Of a stretch of 64,000 nucleotides of DNA, positions 42,637 to 57,018 are shown piece by piece. How positions within the stretch are numbered: the first letter of the stretch is position 1; each line of letters begins with the position of its first letter. The notes beneath the pieces were generated by a model. That model was not told the DNA's origin and did not search any database. It saw only the letters and a program-made list of their open reading frames with translations. A program made the translations under genes and the position numbers. Source of the DNA: Gemmatimonadota bacterium (GTDB taxonomy: Bacteria > Gemmatimonadota > Gemmatimonadetes > Gemmatimonadales > GWC2-71-9); the NCBI GenBank assembly GCA_016794825.1, contig JAEUJH010000300.1:4095-68094 (forward strand), given 5' to 3'.

Positions 42637-43839
42637 TTACTTGGGCCACCCGGATTGCGGTAGCCGGGACGCGATCCGAAGCGCGTTGCCGAAATAGACC
42701 TTCTTCAGCACCGCGTCCGGCAGATCGATGCCGTAGAGCTTCCAGGAGGCGTGGTAGTCGCGATAGTAGTCGAAGTAGTCGTCGCGGGTCTCGAAGACCC
42801 GCCAGTAGTAGGGATACTCCTCCGGCTGGAAGGAGTCCTTCCCGAAGAGGATCCGGTCCTGGAACTTGACGAAGAAATCGTGGGCCGCCCGGGGCTGGCG
42901 CCCGATGTCGTAGAGGACCGCGCCAACTTCGGTGTGAACGTTGGGCAGTTCCTCCATCAACTTGCCCAGCCGCCCGAGGTCGTTGGCGTGCCAGCCCATG
43001 TGCGCGATCACGAACGTGGTCTTCGGATTCCGCCGGAGGAGATTGTCCCGCTCGGTCATCAATTGCTCGAACGGCGGATACTGCTCCGACGGATAGCGCC
43101 GATTCGGGAACAGCGCGAGTTCGAGCCAGCGCTCGTTCTGGAAGTCGATCGGCTGCCAGAACTCCTGCGGATCGGCCGTGTGGATGAACACCGGCAGCTT
43201 GAGCCGCGCCGCCGCCTGCCAGATCGGATCGAGCGCCGGATCGTCGATGGCCAGGCGGGTGCCGTCGGCCTTCTTCGTCGACAGACCAAATCCCTTGCCG
43301 ATCTCACCGATGCCCACCGCGCCCGCCGCCACGTCGGCTTCCAGCTGGGCCACCGCCCGCTCGGCCCATCCCGGACCGACGTTGCGAAGATCGATCCCGG
43401 TCAGGAACCGGACCCGGTCCTTCATCGTGGCCGAGGCCTGGACCAGCGCGCTCTGACGGGTCAGCGCCTCGCCGGAGACGTTGTTGGCGGCGACGATCAG
43501 GCGCACGTTGATCCCGTCGAGCGCCCGGCCCAACTCCTCGAGCCCCTCGGCGCTGCTCAGTTGGCTGGTCGGATGGCCGTGGAAATCGATGGCCGGGTAC
43601 TTGGCCTTCGGCACGGCGTGCGCGGGAGCCACCAGCGTCGACCGGGGCCGATAGTCGAGAATGCTGGGCGGCGGCAGCGTGGGAGCCTGACAGTTGCGGG
43701 GGCGAACTTCGGTCATTCCCGGAGGGCATGATTCGCCGGGCTGAATCGTCACCCCCGGGTTGCGACCCGGCTGGGCCACGACGACGGCGGTAAACGACAG
43801 GGCGGCGAGCGGGAACAGAGCGGCGGCACGACGGACCAT
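42637..43839 (-). CDS. Secreted amidohydrolase-family (TIM-barrel metal hydrolase) protein
   Basis: N-terminal signal peptide MVRRAAALFPLAALSFTAVVVAQP. Metal-ligand style motifs IDFHGHP, VFIHTADP and VIAHMGWH, with an ILFGKDS tail typical of amidohydrolase-2-like proteins. Confidence 0.75.
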   Translation of the reverse strand: MVRRAAALFPLAALSFTAVVVAQPGRNPGVTIQPGESCPPGMTEVRPRNCQAPTLPPPSILDYRPRSTLVAPAHAVPKAKYPAIDFHGHPTSQLSSAEGLEELGRALDGINVRLIVAANNVSGEALTRQSALVQASATMKDRVRFLTGIDLRNVGPGWAERAVAQLEADVAAGAVGIGEIGKGFGLSTKKADGTRLAIDDPALDPIWQAAARLKLPVFIHTADPQEFWQPIDFQNERWLELALFPNRRYPSEQYPPFEQLMTERDNLLRRNPKTTFVIAHMGWHANDLGRLGKLMEELPNVHTEVGAVLYDIGRQPRAAHDFFVKFQDRILFGKDSFQPEEYPYYWRVFETRDDYFDYYRDYHASWKLYGIDLPDAVLKKVYFGNALRIASRLPQSGWPK

Positions 43840-43881
43840 GCGGACTCCGGCAAGACGGTTGCCGGTAATCTACCAGCCCGA

Positions 43882-43909
43882 CCGATGCCGCCGGGACCGG
43901 CGGCATCGG
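43882..43909 (-). terminator. Second perfect palindrome between katG and the amidohydrolase gene
   Basis: CCGATGCCGCCGG-GA-CCGGCGGCATCGG has 13-nt arms that are exact reverse complements. Confidence 0.35.
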
Positions 43910-43924
43910 AACGCGGTCCTGAAG

Positions 43925-43955
43925 CCCGGATCGGCGTGCCACCGACCGATCCGGG
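43925..43955 (-). terminator. Hairpin 10 nt downstream of the katG stop
   Basis: CCCGGATCGG (43925-43934) and CCGATCCGGG (43946-43955) form a perfect 10-bp stem with an 11-nt loop. GC-rich, with no clear U tract. Confidence 0.45.
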
Positions 43956-43965
43956 CCACCGCGGA

Positions 43966-46724
<2,759 letters not shown>

Positions 46725-46844
46725 CGCTGGGCCTTGGTTGTCGCCTTGGCGAGCCGAATCCCGATCTAATCCGCTGACCCCAGGTCCAATCCGAGGACGC
46801 CCCCTCGGGTCGACCTGTTTCGGACGTCTTCAGCCGCGAGTCCC

Positions 46845-49600
<2,756 letters not shown>

Positions 49601-49604
<4 letters not shown>

Positions 49605-50191
49605 GCGGGTTCGTCCTCGAGGTACTCCTGGAGGAGGAGGCGGGCCTTGCGCCAGTCGCGCTGGACCGTTCGCTCCGACACCGAGCGGAGCGCGGCGATC
49701 TCGACGAACGAGAATCCGCAGAAGAAGTGCAGGTCCACCAGTTCGGCGAGCGGCGGATCGAGGCGACCGAGGGACTCGAGCGCCTCGCCCAGTTGCTCAA
49801 GATCCCTGCCGCGGCTCGAATCGGGATCGGGCTCCGCGCCCTCGAGCGACGTGAACTGAAACTCCCCGCCCCGCTTCTGCGCCTTCCGGTTCCGGGCATA
49901 GTCAATGACCAGCCCCCGCATGGCCCGCGAGGCATAGGCGAAGAACCGCGATCGATCGGGGAACCGGACGGCCTCCCGCGACGACACCGCCAGGTAGACC
50001 TCGTGGAGCAGAGTGGTGGCTCCGAGCGTGACGACGCCGTCGAATCGGCGAACGTGGCGCCCGGCGAGGGTGTGGAGTTCCTGGTATAACGACGAGAACA
50101 GCCGGCCGGCCGCCTCCGCGTCACCCGACTCGGCCGCTCGAATCAACTCCGCCAGCGGCTCCCCGCCGACCTCACCATGGTCGTCCGTCAT
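49601..50191 (-). CDS. ECF-type RNA polymerase sigma factor (TIGR02999 / PF07638-like, kinase-associated type)
   Basis: LAELIRAAESGDAEAAGRLFSSLYQELHTLAG, TTLLHEVYL, DYARNRKAQKRGG, and region 4 FSFVEIAALRSVSERTVQRDWRKARLLL. ATG 50191 is preferred over TTG 50218. The 3' end overlaps the convergent kinase gene by 4 nt. Confidence 0.85.
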
Positions 50192-50347
50192 GTCTCCGTT
50201 TCGTCGAGTCCACCCCAATATCGGATTTCGACCACCGGGGCCGACAGCCCCGGCCCACCAATCCCGGGCCTGATCGCGGTCGGCGACTGGCCACCGGACC
50301 CCGAGGCCGGCATCTTACCCCGACTCGTCATCGATCGGACCCGCCCC

Positions 50348-51358
50348 ATGTCGCTCCACCTGACCCGCCACCTTGCCGTGGCCACCACGACCGTCGCCCT
50401 CCTGGCCGGACCCGTTGCCGCCCAGGTCGCCGGCCTGGCGGGCACCCTGATCATCACCAACAAGTCGGTCTCGACCGCCACCATCATCGACGTGGCGTCG
50501 GGCCGGATCCTGGCCACGCTGCCGACCGGCCAGGGGCCGCACGAAGTCGCGCTCTCGGCGGATGGCCGCACCGCCGTCGTCACCGACTACTACGCGGCCC
50601 AGCCGGGCCGGACCCTCACGGTCATCGACGTCGCGGCCCTTCGAGTCGTGCGGACGATCGACCTCGGGGAGCATGAACGCCCGCACGGGATCGTCTATCT
50701 GCCTGGCGACAGTCTGGTGGCGGTCACCTCCGAGGCCAGCGGGCACGTCGTCGTGGTCCACGTGGGCGAGGGCAAGGTCCGCCGCGTCGCGCCGACCCGA
50801 CAGGCCGGATCACACATGGTGGGCGTGGCGGCCGACGGCCGGCGGGCCTTTACCGGCAACGTCGGCAGCAACACCGTCTCGGAGTTGGACCTCCGGACCG
50901 GACAGTTCGTCCGCTCCTGGGAGGTGCCCGCCATGCCGGAGGCGATCAACGTGACGCCCGACGCGAACGAGGTCTGGGTGGGGAGCAACACCACCGGCAA
51001 GGTCAGCGTCATCGACCCCGCCACCGGCCAGGTCACCGTCGCGGCCGAGGGGTTCGGGTGGCCCTATCGGATCCTGTTCTCGCCCGATGGGCGAACGGTG
51101 CTGCTGCCGGACGTGAAATCGGGGGAACTCCGGATCCTCGACCGGGCGTCCCGGCGGGAACTCGGCCGGCTCTCGTTCCCCGACGCGGAACCCCAGGGCA
51201 TCACCATCACCCCCGACGGCCGCTACGCGCTCGAGTCTCTGGCCACCCAGGGTCGGGTGGTGATCGTCGACCTGGCCACCCGAACGGTGGCCGGCCATCT
51301 CTCCGTCGGTCAGACTCCGGACGGGATCGCCTACACCCCCCGCGTCTTCAACCGTTAG
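50348..51358 (+). CDS. Secreted YVTN-family beta-propeller repeat protein
   Basis: Start moved to ATG 50348 (MSLHLTRHLAVATTTVALLAGPVAAQ, signal peptide). About seven repeats of about 40 aa (GQGPHEVALSADGRTAVVTDY, PHGIVYLPGDSLVAVTSE, PEAINVTPDANEVWVGSN, PYRILFSPDGRTVLLPD, PQGITITPDGRYALES, QTPDGIAYTP). Confidence 0.8.
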   Translation: MSLHLTRHLAVATTTVALLAGPVAAQVAGLAGTLIITNKSVSTATIIDVASGRILATLPTGQGPHEVALSADGRTAVVTDYYAAQPGRTLTVIDVAALRVVRTIDLGEHERPHGIVYLPGDSLVAVTSEASGHVVVVHVGEGKVRRVAPTRQAGSHMVGVAADGRRAFTGNVGSNTVSELDLRTGQFVRSWEVPAMPEAINVTPDANEVWVGSNTTGKVSVIDPATGQVTVAAEGFGWPYRILFSPDGRTVLLPDVKSGELRILDRASRRELGRLSFPDAEPQGITITPDGRYALESLATQGRVVIVDLATRTVAGHLSVGQTPDGIAYTPRVFNR

Positions 51359-51368
51359 GCATCCTCCC

Positions 51369-53120
51369 ATGACGATTCGCGTCGCGGCCCTGGCCGTCCT
51401 CCTCCTCGCGCCGACCGCCGGCGTGGCCCAAACCGCCCGGCGGGTGGCCGAAGGCGTGTTCGTCCTCCCGACCGGGCGCGATGGCGCCACGGCCGGCTGG
51501 GTCGACCTCGGCCCCGACGTGCTGGCCATCGCGACCGGAGCCGCCGACCCGGCCGTGGCCCGGATCCGGCGCGCCAGCGGCAAGCCGATTCGGGCGGTCT
51601 TCGCGCCGAACGGAACCGGGGTCGGCGGGGCGGGCGCGGTGGAGTTGGTTCCCTCAGGACGGGCCGCGGCCGCGGGGCTCGGCTTTTCCGGCACCATGAC
51701 CCTCGGCACCCGCCGAGTGGAGGTCAAGGATCTGGAACGGGCCGTCAGCGCCGGCAACGGCGTCGTCTGGGTGCCGGACGCGCGGGTGCTCTTTGCCGGC
51801 CACCTCGTGGGCGAGGGCGCGCTCGTCGACTCGACCCGGACCGAGGCCTGGCTCCGCGTAATTCAGCGGCTGCAGCTCCTCGACCCGGTGGTCGTGGTCC
51901 CGGGCCGGGGTGCCCCCGGCGGACCGGAGCTGCTGGAGCGGACCCGTGCCGCGCTGGCCGCGACCCGAACGGCCGTGGCGGCCGCGGTGGCCCGGCGGGC
52001 GCCGGCCGAGGAGATCACCCGCTCGGGCCCGCATCCCGACCTGGCGCGCCACGTGTTCCGGGAAATGGTGGGGCTGATTCCCCCGCCGCTGATCGACGAA
52101 CTCGAACTCCGCCCCGGACCGTCGCCCACGGCCCGGACGGCCGGCTGGACCCGGCCCACGGTGGTGGTAATCCAGGACATGTGGCCCGAGAAGACCGGGC
52201 GGATGGCCGAACTTGCCTACGTGGCGCCTGGCGTCGAGGTGCGGGTGGTGCGGACCGCGGCCGAGGCCGCCGCCCGGGTGGCCGACGCCGACGGATTGCT
52301 CGGCGGATTCTCCGCCGAGGCGTTTCGGCGCGCCAACCGGCTCCGGTGGGTTCAGTCGGCGTCGGCCGGCGTCGAGGGACCGCTCGCGGTGCCCGGCTTT
52401 GCCGCGAGCCCGATCGTGCTCACCAACGCCCAGAAGGTCTACGCGCCCCCGCTTGGCGAACACACCTTCGGTCTGCTGCTCGGCCTCACCCGGCGACTCC
52501 AGGTGGCGGTGCCGCTGATGAAGACCGGGAGCTGGACGGACAGCCTGTTCCGCGGATCGGAAATGCCGGAACTCCGCGGCAAGACCCTGCTGGTGGCTGG
52601 CCTCGGGGGCATCGGCACCGAGGTGGCCACCATCGGCCGCGCGATGGGCATGCGGGTCATCGCCACCCGGAACAACAAGACACCGCCCAACGATCTGGTG
52701 GAGTACGTGGGCGGCGCGAGCGAACTGGCCCGGCTCGCGACCGAGGCGGACGTCGTCGTCAACGCCCTGCCGCTCACCCCCGCCACCGCCAACGTCTTCG
52801 ACGAGGCGCTCTTCCGGGGCATGAGGTCGACGGCCTACTTCATCAACATCGGTCGCGGGGGCACGGTCGACACCGAGGCCCTGACCCGGGCGCTCGAGGA
52901 AGGCCGCCTGGCGGGCGCCGGGCTCGACGTGACCCGCCCCGAGCCGCTGCCGGCCGGCCATCGGCTCTGGTCGCTGCCTAACGTCATCATCACGCCGCAC
53001 GTCGGGTCCACATCGGACTGGGAACGGGAGCGGACCTGGATCCTGTTCCGGGAGAATCTCCGCCGGTTCGTGGCCGGCGAGCCCCTGCTGTCGGTGGTGG
53101 ACAAGAAAGCCGCGTACTGA
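51369..53120 (+). CDS. Fusion protein: signal peptide - degenerate metallo-beta-lactamase-like domain - D-isomer-specific 2-hydroxyacid dehydrogenase
   Basis: N-terminus MTIRVAALAVLLLAPTAGVAQ. MBL-like layout, but HxHxDH reads APNGTGVGG and VPGHG reads VPGRG. The C-terminal half has GKTLLVAGLGGIGTEVA (GxGxxG), NIGRGGTVD, GLDVTRPEPLP and ITPHVGS (Arg/Glu/His triad intact). Confidence 0.8.
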   Translation: MTIRVAALAVLLLAPTAGVAQTARRVAEGVFVLPTGRDGATAGWVDLGPDVLAIATGAADPAVARIRRASGKPIRAVFAPNGTGVGGAGAVELVPSGRAAAAGLGFSGTMTLGTRRVEVKDLERAVSAGNGVVWVPDARVLFAGHLVGEGALVDSTRTEAWLRVIQRLQLLDPVVVVPGRGAPGGPELLERTRAALAATRTAVAAAVARRAPAEEITRSGPHPDLARHVFREMVGLIPPPLIDELELRPGPSPTARTAGWTRPTVVVIQDMWPEKTGRMAELAYVAPGVEVRVVRTAAEAAARVADADGLLGGFSAEAFRRANRLRWVQSASAGVEGPLAVPGFAASPIVLTNAQKVYAPPLGEHTFGLLLGLTRRLQVAVPLMKTGSWTDSLFRGSEMPELRGKTLLVAGLGGIGTEVATIGRAMGMRVIATRNNKTPPNDLVEYVGGASELARLATEADVVVNALPLTPATANVFDEALFRGMRSTAYFINIGRGGTVDTEALTRALEEGRLAGAGLDVTRPEPLPAGHRLWSLPNVIITPHVGSTSDWERERTWILFRENLRRFVAGEPLLSVVDKKAAY

Positions 53121-54748
53121 TGCAAAGTCCCTTCAGAGCGCTGGGCCTCGACCCCAAGCTCGTGACCGCGGTGACCGCCCTCGGCTACGAGGAGCCCACC
53201 CCGATCCAGCGCGAGGCCATTCCGCCCCTCCTGGCCGGCCGCGACCTCCTGGGCCAGGCGGCGACCGGCACCGGCAAGACCGCGGCCTTTGCCCTGCCCC
53301 TGCTCCAGCGACTGCCGCCCGGTCAGCCCGCGCCGTCGCGCCCGTCGGTGCTGGTGCTGGTCCCGACCCGCGAACTCGCGATGCAGGTGGCCGAGGCGTT
53401 CCATCGCTACGGCCGGGCGCTCGACGCGACCACCGTCCCGATCTACGGCGGCCAGGAGTTTTCCCAGCAGATCCGGGTCCTCCGGCGGGGCGTCCACGTG
53501 GTGGTGGCCACCCCGGGCCGGGCGCTCGATCATCTCCGGCGGTCGACCCTCGATCTGAGCGGACTCACGGCCATCGTGCTCGACGAAGCCGATGAAATGC
53601 TGGACATGGGCTTTGCCGAGGATCTCGAGGCCATTCTCTCGGCCGCGCCGGCCCGGCGTCAGACCGCGCTGTTCTCCGCCACCATGGCCCCGCGGATCGG
53701 CCGGATCGCCGAACGGCACCTCGATCAGCCGGCCCGGATCCTGGTGGCCCGGGAGACGACGCCCAAGGGAGCCCTGCCGAAGGTCCGGCAGACCGCCTAT
53801 CTGGTACCCCGGGCGCAGAAGGTCCTGGCGTTAGGCAGGGTCCTCGACCTCGAGGCGCCGACCCTGGCCCTGGTCTTCTGCCGGACCCGGATGGAGGTCG
53901 ACAGCCTGACCGAGAGTCTGGCCGGGCGGGGCTACCAGGCCCTGGCGCTCCACGGCGGGATGACCCAGGTCCAGCGCGACCGGGTCATGAAGCGGACCCG
54001 CACCGGGTCGGTCGACCTGCTGGTGGCCACCGACGTGGCGGCGCGCGGTCTCGACATCGAGCAGATCAGCCACGTCGTCAACTACAACGTGCCCGAGTCG
54101 CCGGCGGCGTATGTCCATCGGATCGGACGGACGGGCCGGGCCGGACGGGCGGGGGTCGCGATCACGCTCTACGAGCCGCGCGAGCACCGGATGCTCCGGA
54201 CCATCGAGCAGATGACGAAGCAGCGGATCGAGATCGCCCGGCTCCCCACGGCGGTCGACATCCGCGCCACCCGGCTCGAGCAGACCCGGGGCGCGCTCCG
54301 CGAGGCCGTCACCGCCGGCGACCTCGACGGCTATCGCGGCATCGTCGAGTCGCTGGCGGAGGAGTTCGATCCGCTCGAAGTCGCCGCCGCCGCGGTCAAG
54401 CTGGCCCATCTGGCCGGGGCGGGCGCGACCGAAATCGACGAGGAGGAGATCGTCCCGATCGTGAAGGGCAAGCAGCGCCCCGGGGCGGCGGGGATGGGAC
54501 GGATCTTCGTGGGCGCCGGCCGCAAGCTCAACATCCGGCCGGCCGATCTGGTCGGCGCCATCGTCAACGAGGCCAAGGTCCCGGCCGCGAGCATCGGGGC
54601 CATCGAGATCGCCGACCGCTTCTCCCTGGTCGAGGTCTCCGAGGAGCTCGTCGACCAGGTGGTCGAAGCCCTCCGCGCCGCCACCATCAAGGGCAAGCGC
54701 CAGACCGTCCGGCGCGACCAGGGTCAACCGCCCCGGGCGCGCCGTTAG
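53120..54748 (+). CDS. DEAD-box ATP-dependent RNA helicase with DbpA-type C-terminal RNA-binding domain
   Basis: Q motif YEEPTPIQ. Core motifs AATGTGKT, PTRELA, DEAD (VLDEADEML), SAT, ARGLDI and HRIGRTGRAG. C-terminal RIFVGAGRKLNIRPADLVGAI. ATG overlaps the upstream TGA by 1 nt. Confidence 0.95.
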   Translation: MQSPFRALGLDPKLVTAVTALGYEEPTPIQREAIPPLLAGRDLLGQAATGTGKTAAFALPLLQRLPPGQPAPSRPSVLVLVPTRELAMQVAEAFHRYGRALDATTVPIYGGQEFSQQIRVLRRGVHVVVATPGRALDHLRRSTLDLSGLTAIVLDEADEMLDMGFAEDLEAILSAAPARRQTALFSATMAPRIGRIAERHLDQPARILVARETTPKGALPKVRQTAYLVPRAQKVLALGRVLDLEAPTLALVFCRTRMEVDSLTESLAGRGYQALALHGGMTQVQRDRVMKRTRTGSVDLLVATDVAARGLDIEQISHVVNYNVPESPAAYVHRIGRTGRAGRAGVAITLYEPREHRMLRTIEQMTKQRIEIARLPTAVDIRATRLEQTRGALREAVTAGDLDGYRGIVESLAEEFDPLEVAAAAVKLAHLAGAGATEIDEEEIVPIVKGKQRPGAAGMGRIFVGAGRKLNIRPADLVGAIVNEAKVPAASIGAIEIADRFSLVEVSEELVDQVVEALRAATIKGKRQTVRRDQGQPPRARR

Positions 54749-54750
54749 GC

Positions 54751-54879
54751 TCAGGGGCCGAAGCCGGGCGGAGCCTTTTCCTGCTGCGGCGACTGGAGGA
54801 TCCGGCGGTAGCACCAGATGACGAGGCCCCAGACACAGGCCAGCGACACGGACATGGTAACCCACCCGGCGAGCGTCAT
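54751..54879 (-). CDS. Candidate 42-aa single-pass membrane peptide
   Basis: MTLAGWVTMSVSLACVWGLVIWCYRRILQSPQQEKAPPGFGP. AAGGA lies 7 nt upstream of ATG 54879. High GC3. The longer 96-aa ORF-track version is unlikely. No transporter partner gene is adjacent. Confidence 0.35.
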   Translation of the reverse strand: MTLAGWVTMSVSLACVWGLVIWCYRRILQSPQQEKAPPGFGP

Positions 54880-55092
54880 CGGCGGTTCCTTGGCACGGAA
54901 TGGTCGAAGGGATGGAAAAGCGAACGCCGAGCTCCCGGCCTCGAGGGGCCGGGTCCCGGCGGTATAACCGTGGTGTCGAGCGGAGTGTTTACATGGGCGG
55001 GGCCAGCAACGGGCCCACCCCGGATTGCCTGAACGGTCCACACGGGGAACCTCGCGGTCCAGCGGAGGCGGCCCGACCTCCGAGAATTCCCT

Positions 55093-55113
55093 GTAGCGGT
55101 AGTGGCCCGCTAC
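55093..55113 (-). terminator. Hairpin about 55 nt downstream of the 55169-56284 gene
   Basis: GTAGCGG-tagtggc-CCGCTAC forms a 7-bp perfect stem. On the minus strand it is followed by agggaattct. Confidence 0.3.
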
Positions 55114-55168
55114 ACCCGTGTGTTGTCACGGTAGTATGGCGCGTCCGGTCCTCCGGGACAAGAGCCGC

Positions 55169-56284
55169 TCAGCGGCAACCGTTGACGCCGGGATTGCGGT
55201 CCCGCGGATCCCGGTTGGGCAGACTGCCGTCGAGCCGCAGCTCGTAGCTGTCCTGGACCTGATTGCCATCGTACCGAATCGACTGCCGCACGGTGGCCCC
55301 CAGCGTGCGGGGCCCCGACAGCTCGTACCAGTTGTTGGTCGACTCGGTGTACACCGGACCGCAGCGGACCAGGCGGACGGCAATCCCCTGTTCGTAGACC
55401 ACGCCAAGGAGATGTTCGCCCCTGGGGTGGAGACCGGTTTCCTCGAACGCCACCAGCTTGACCTGATTGGTGGTGCCGCTCGCGAGCACCGAAAAGGTCC
55501 GACCGGCATAGGCAACGCTTCCCGAGAGCATCACCGGGTTGGAGTCGCCCCGCGACGTCAGGTCGGCCGCGATCGGGTTCTCGCCGGTCCAGGTGATCTC
55601 CGTCGGGAGGGATCGGAGGGTCTTCCAGTCGTAGAGGCCGGTCCCGGCCGGAGCCAGCAGGGCCACCATCGTCCGCGCCAGGATCTCGTGCGGCTTGCTG
55701 GTCGACACCGGCTTCCGCTCGGCGCCGGGAGCGCACTGTTCGGTGTAGAGCGCCAACTGGTTCGGCTGGAGGGCCGGCAGAGCGTCGCCTGACGTGAGGA
55801 TGTAGCCCTCGGTCGGTCGGCCCGGCCCGGCCGGCTGGATCGAGAGGAATCCCGGCGACGCCGCGCCACCGATTCGATACCAGCTGGTCCCCCCCGCGCC
55901 GGCCCGGATCGGGCAGCGAGCCAGCGTCGCCGACAGTCCGGCCCGGGTCAGTGCTCCAACGAGGGCGCTTTCGCCAGCGGCTGCCGGCGATCGGATCAGG
56001 ATCGTCACCACCATGGTCCGGGCCCCGGTAGCCACGATGGTGGCCCCACGACCGCCGAGCGCCACCGTGCCCTGCCGGGCAAAGCAGTCGCCGTTGGGGA
56101 GACAGTTGGTGAGCGACGTCGGCGGGAGGGCCGCCCACTTGGTTCCCGGCAAGCCCTCGATCCCGGCCCAGTCGCTCGGTTGGTTGAGCCCCAAGTACGC
56201 CCGGACCAGACCGGCCAGGTCATCCTCGGGCTTGGGCGGCTGTAACCCGATCAACAGCGCCAGGATGGTGACGGTGGCGATCAT
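55169..56284 (-). CDS. Hypothetical exported protein
   Basis: Start moved to ATG 56284 (MIATVTILALLIGLQPP; GGGAG lies 6 nt upstream). 371 aa, high GC3, several Cys residues, no motif I recognise. Confidence 0.65.
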   Translation of the reverse strand: MIATVTILALLIGLQPPKPEDDLAGLVRAYLGLNQPSDWAGIEGLPGTKWAALPPTSLTNCLPNGDCFARQGTVALGGRGATIVATGARTMVVTILIRSPAAAGESALVGALTRAGLSATLARCPIRAGAGGTSWYRIGGAASPGFLSIQPAGPGRPTEGYILTSGDALPALQPNQLALYTEQCAPGAERKPVSTSKPHEILARTMVALLAPAGTGLYDWKTLRSLPTEITWTGENPIAADLTSRGDSNPVMLSGSVAYAGRTFSVLASGTTNQVKLVAFEETGLHPRGEHLLGVVYEQGIAVRLVRCGPVYTESTNNWYELSGPRTLGATVRQSIRYDGNQVQDSYELRLDGSLPNRDPRDRNPGVNGCR

Positions 56285-56433
56285 GCGGTTCTCCCGGGTG
56301 GTGAAGGTCCTGCCCCCTTTACGGAAAGCCGCCCGGGCTTCCCTCATGCCGGGGTCTGCCGGGGCGGTCGCCGGCGAGGCGACGGCGCGTTAATTTCTCG
56401 CGCTGTTCCGTTCCCCCCTTCCGGAGGCCCGCT

Positions 56434-57018
56434 CTGACCGAGCGCGACGTAACCATCCTCCTCGAGGAGGTCCAGCAGGGCGTCCCGGGTGCCGCCGACC
56501 GCCTGGCGGCCCGCGTGTACGACGACCTCCACGGCATCGCCGCCGCCGCCCTTCGCCGGGAAGCGGACGGTCACACCCTCCAGCCGACCGAACTCGCCGA
56601 CGAGGCGTTCGTCCGGCTGCTGGGCCAGAGCCGATCCACCTGGCAGAACCGATCCCATTTCTTTGCCGTCGCCGCCGGGATCATCCGCCGGATCCTGATC
56701 GATCACGCCCGCCGCCGAAGTCGACAGAAGCGGGATCACGGCATTCGCGTCACCTTCGACGAGTCGCTCGACGTCCCCGACCAGAAGTCGGAGCGGCTGC
56801 TCGAACTGGTGGCCCTCGACGACGCCCTGGTCCAGCTCGAAGGCCTCGCGCCCCGGCAGGCCCGGGTGGTGGAGCTCCGCTTCTTCGGCGGACTCGACAT
56901 CGACCAGACGGCCGAGGCGCTCGGCATCTCGCCGGCCACGGTCAAGCGCGACTGGACCTTTGCCCGCGCGTTCCTCCTCGACGCACTCGGCTCCGCCCCG
57001 CCCGACGTCACCACCTGA
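56434..57018 (+). CDS. ECF-type sigma factor (TIGR02999 / PF07638-like), start codon uncertain (proposed CTG)
   Basis: Conserved N-terminal helix region ERDVTILLEEVQQGVPGAADRLAARVYDDLHGIAAAALRRE lies upstream of the first canonical start (GTG 56515). GGAGG at 56423-56427 sits 6 nt before CTG 56434. Region 4 reads IDQTAEALGISPATVKRDWTFARAFL. Stop overlaps the kinase ATG (TGATG). Confidence 0.75.
   Translation: MTERDVTILLEEVQQGVPGAADRLAARVYDDLHGIAAAALRREADGHTLQPTELADEAFVRLLGQSRSTWQNRSHFFAVAAGIIRRILIDHARRRSRQKRDHGIRVTFDESLDVPDQKSERLLELVALDDALVQLEGLAPRQARVVELRFFGGLDIDQTAEALGISPATVKRDWTFARAFLLDALGSAPPDVTT

Noticed and set aside
54751-55041. 96-aa ORF-track protein, and a possible MetS-like transporter small subunit
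   Set aside because: Only the last 42 codons have an SD and a hydrophobic helix. The resemblance to small transporter subunits is weak, and no partner transporter gene is adjacent, so it is kept only as a low-confidence small membrane peptide.
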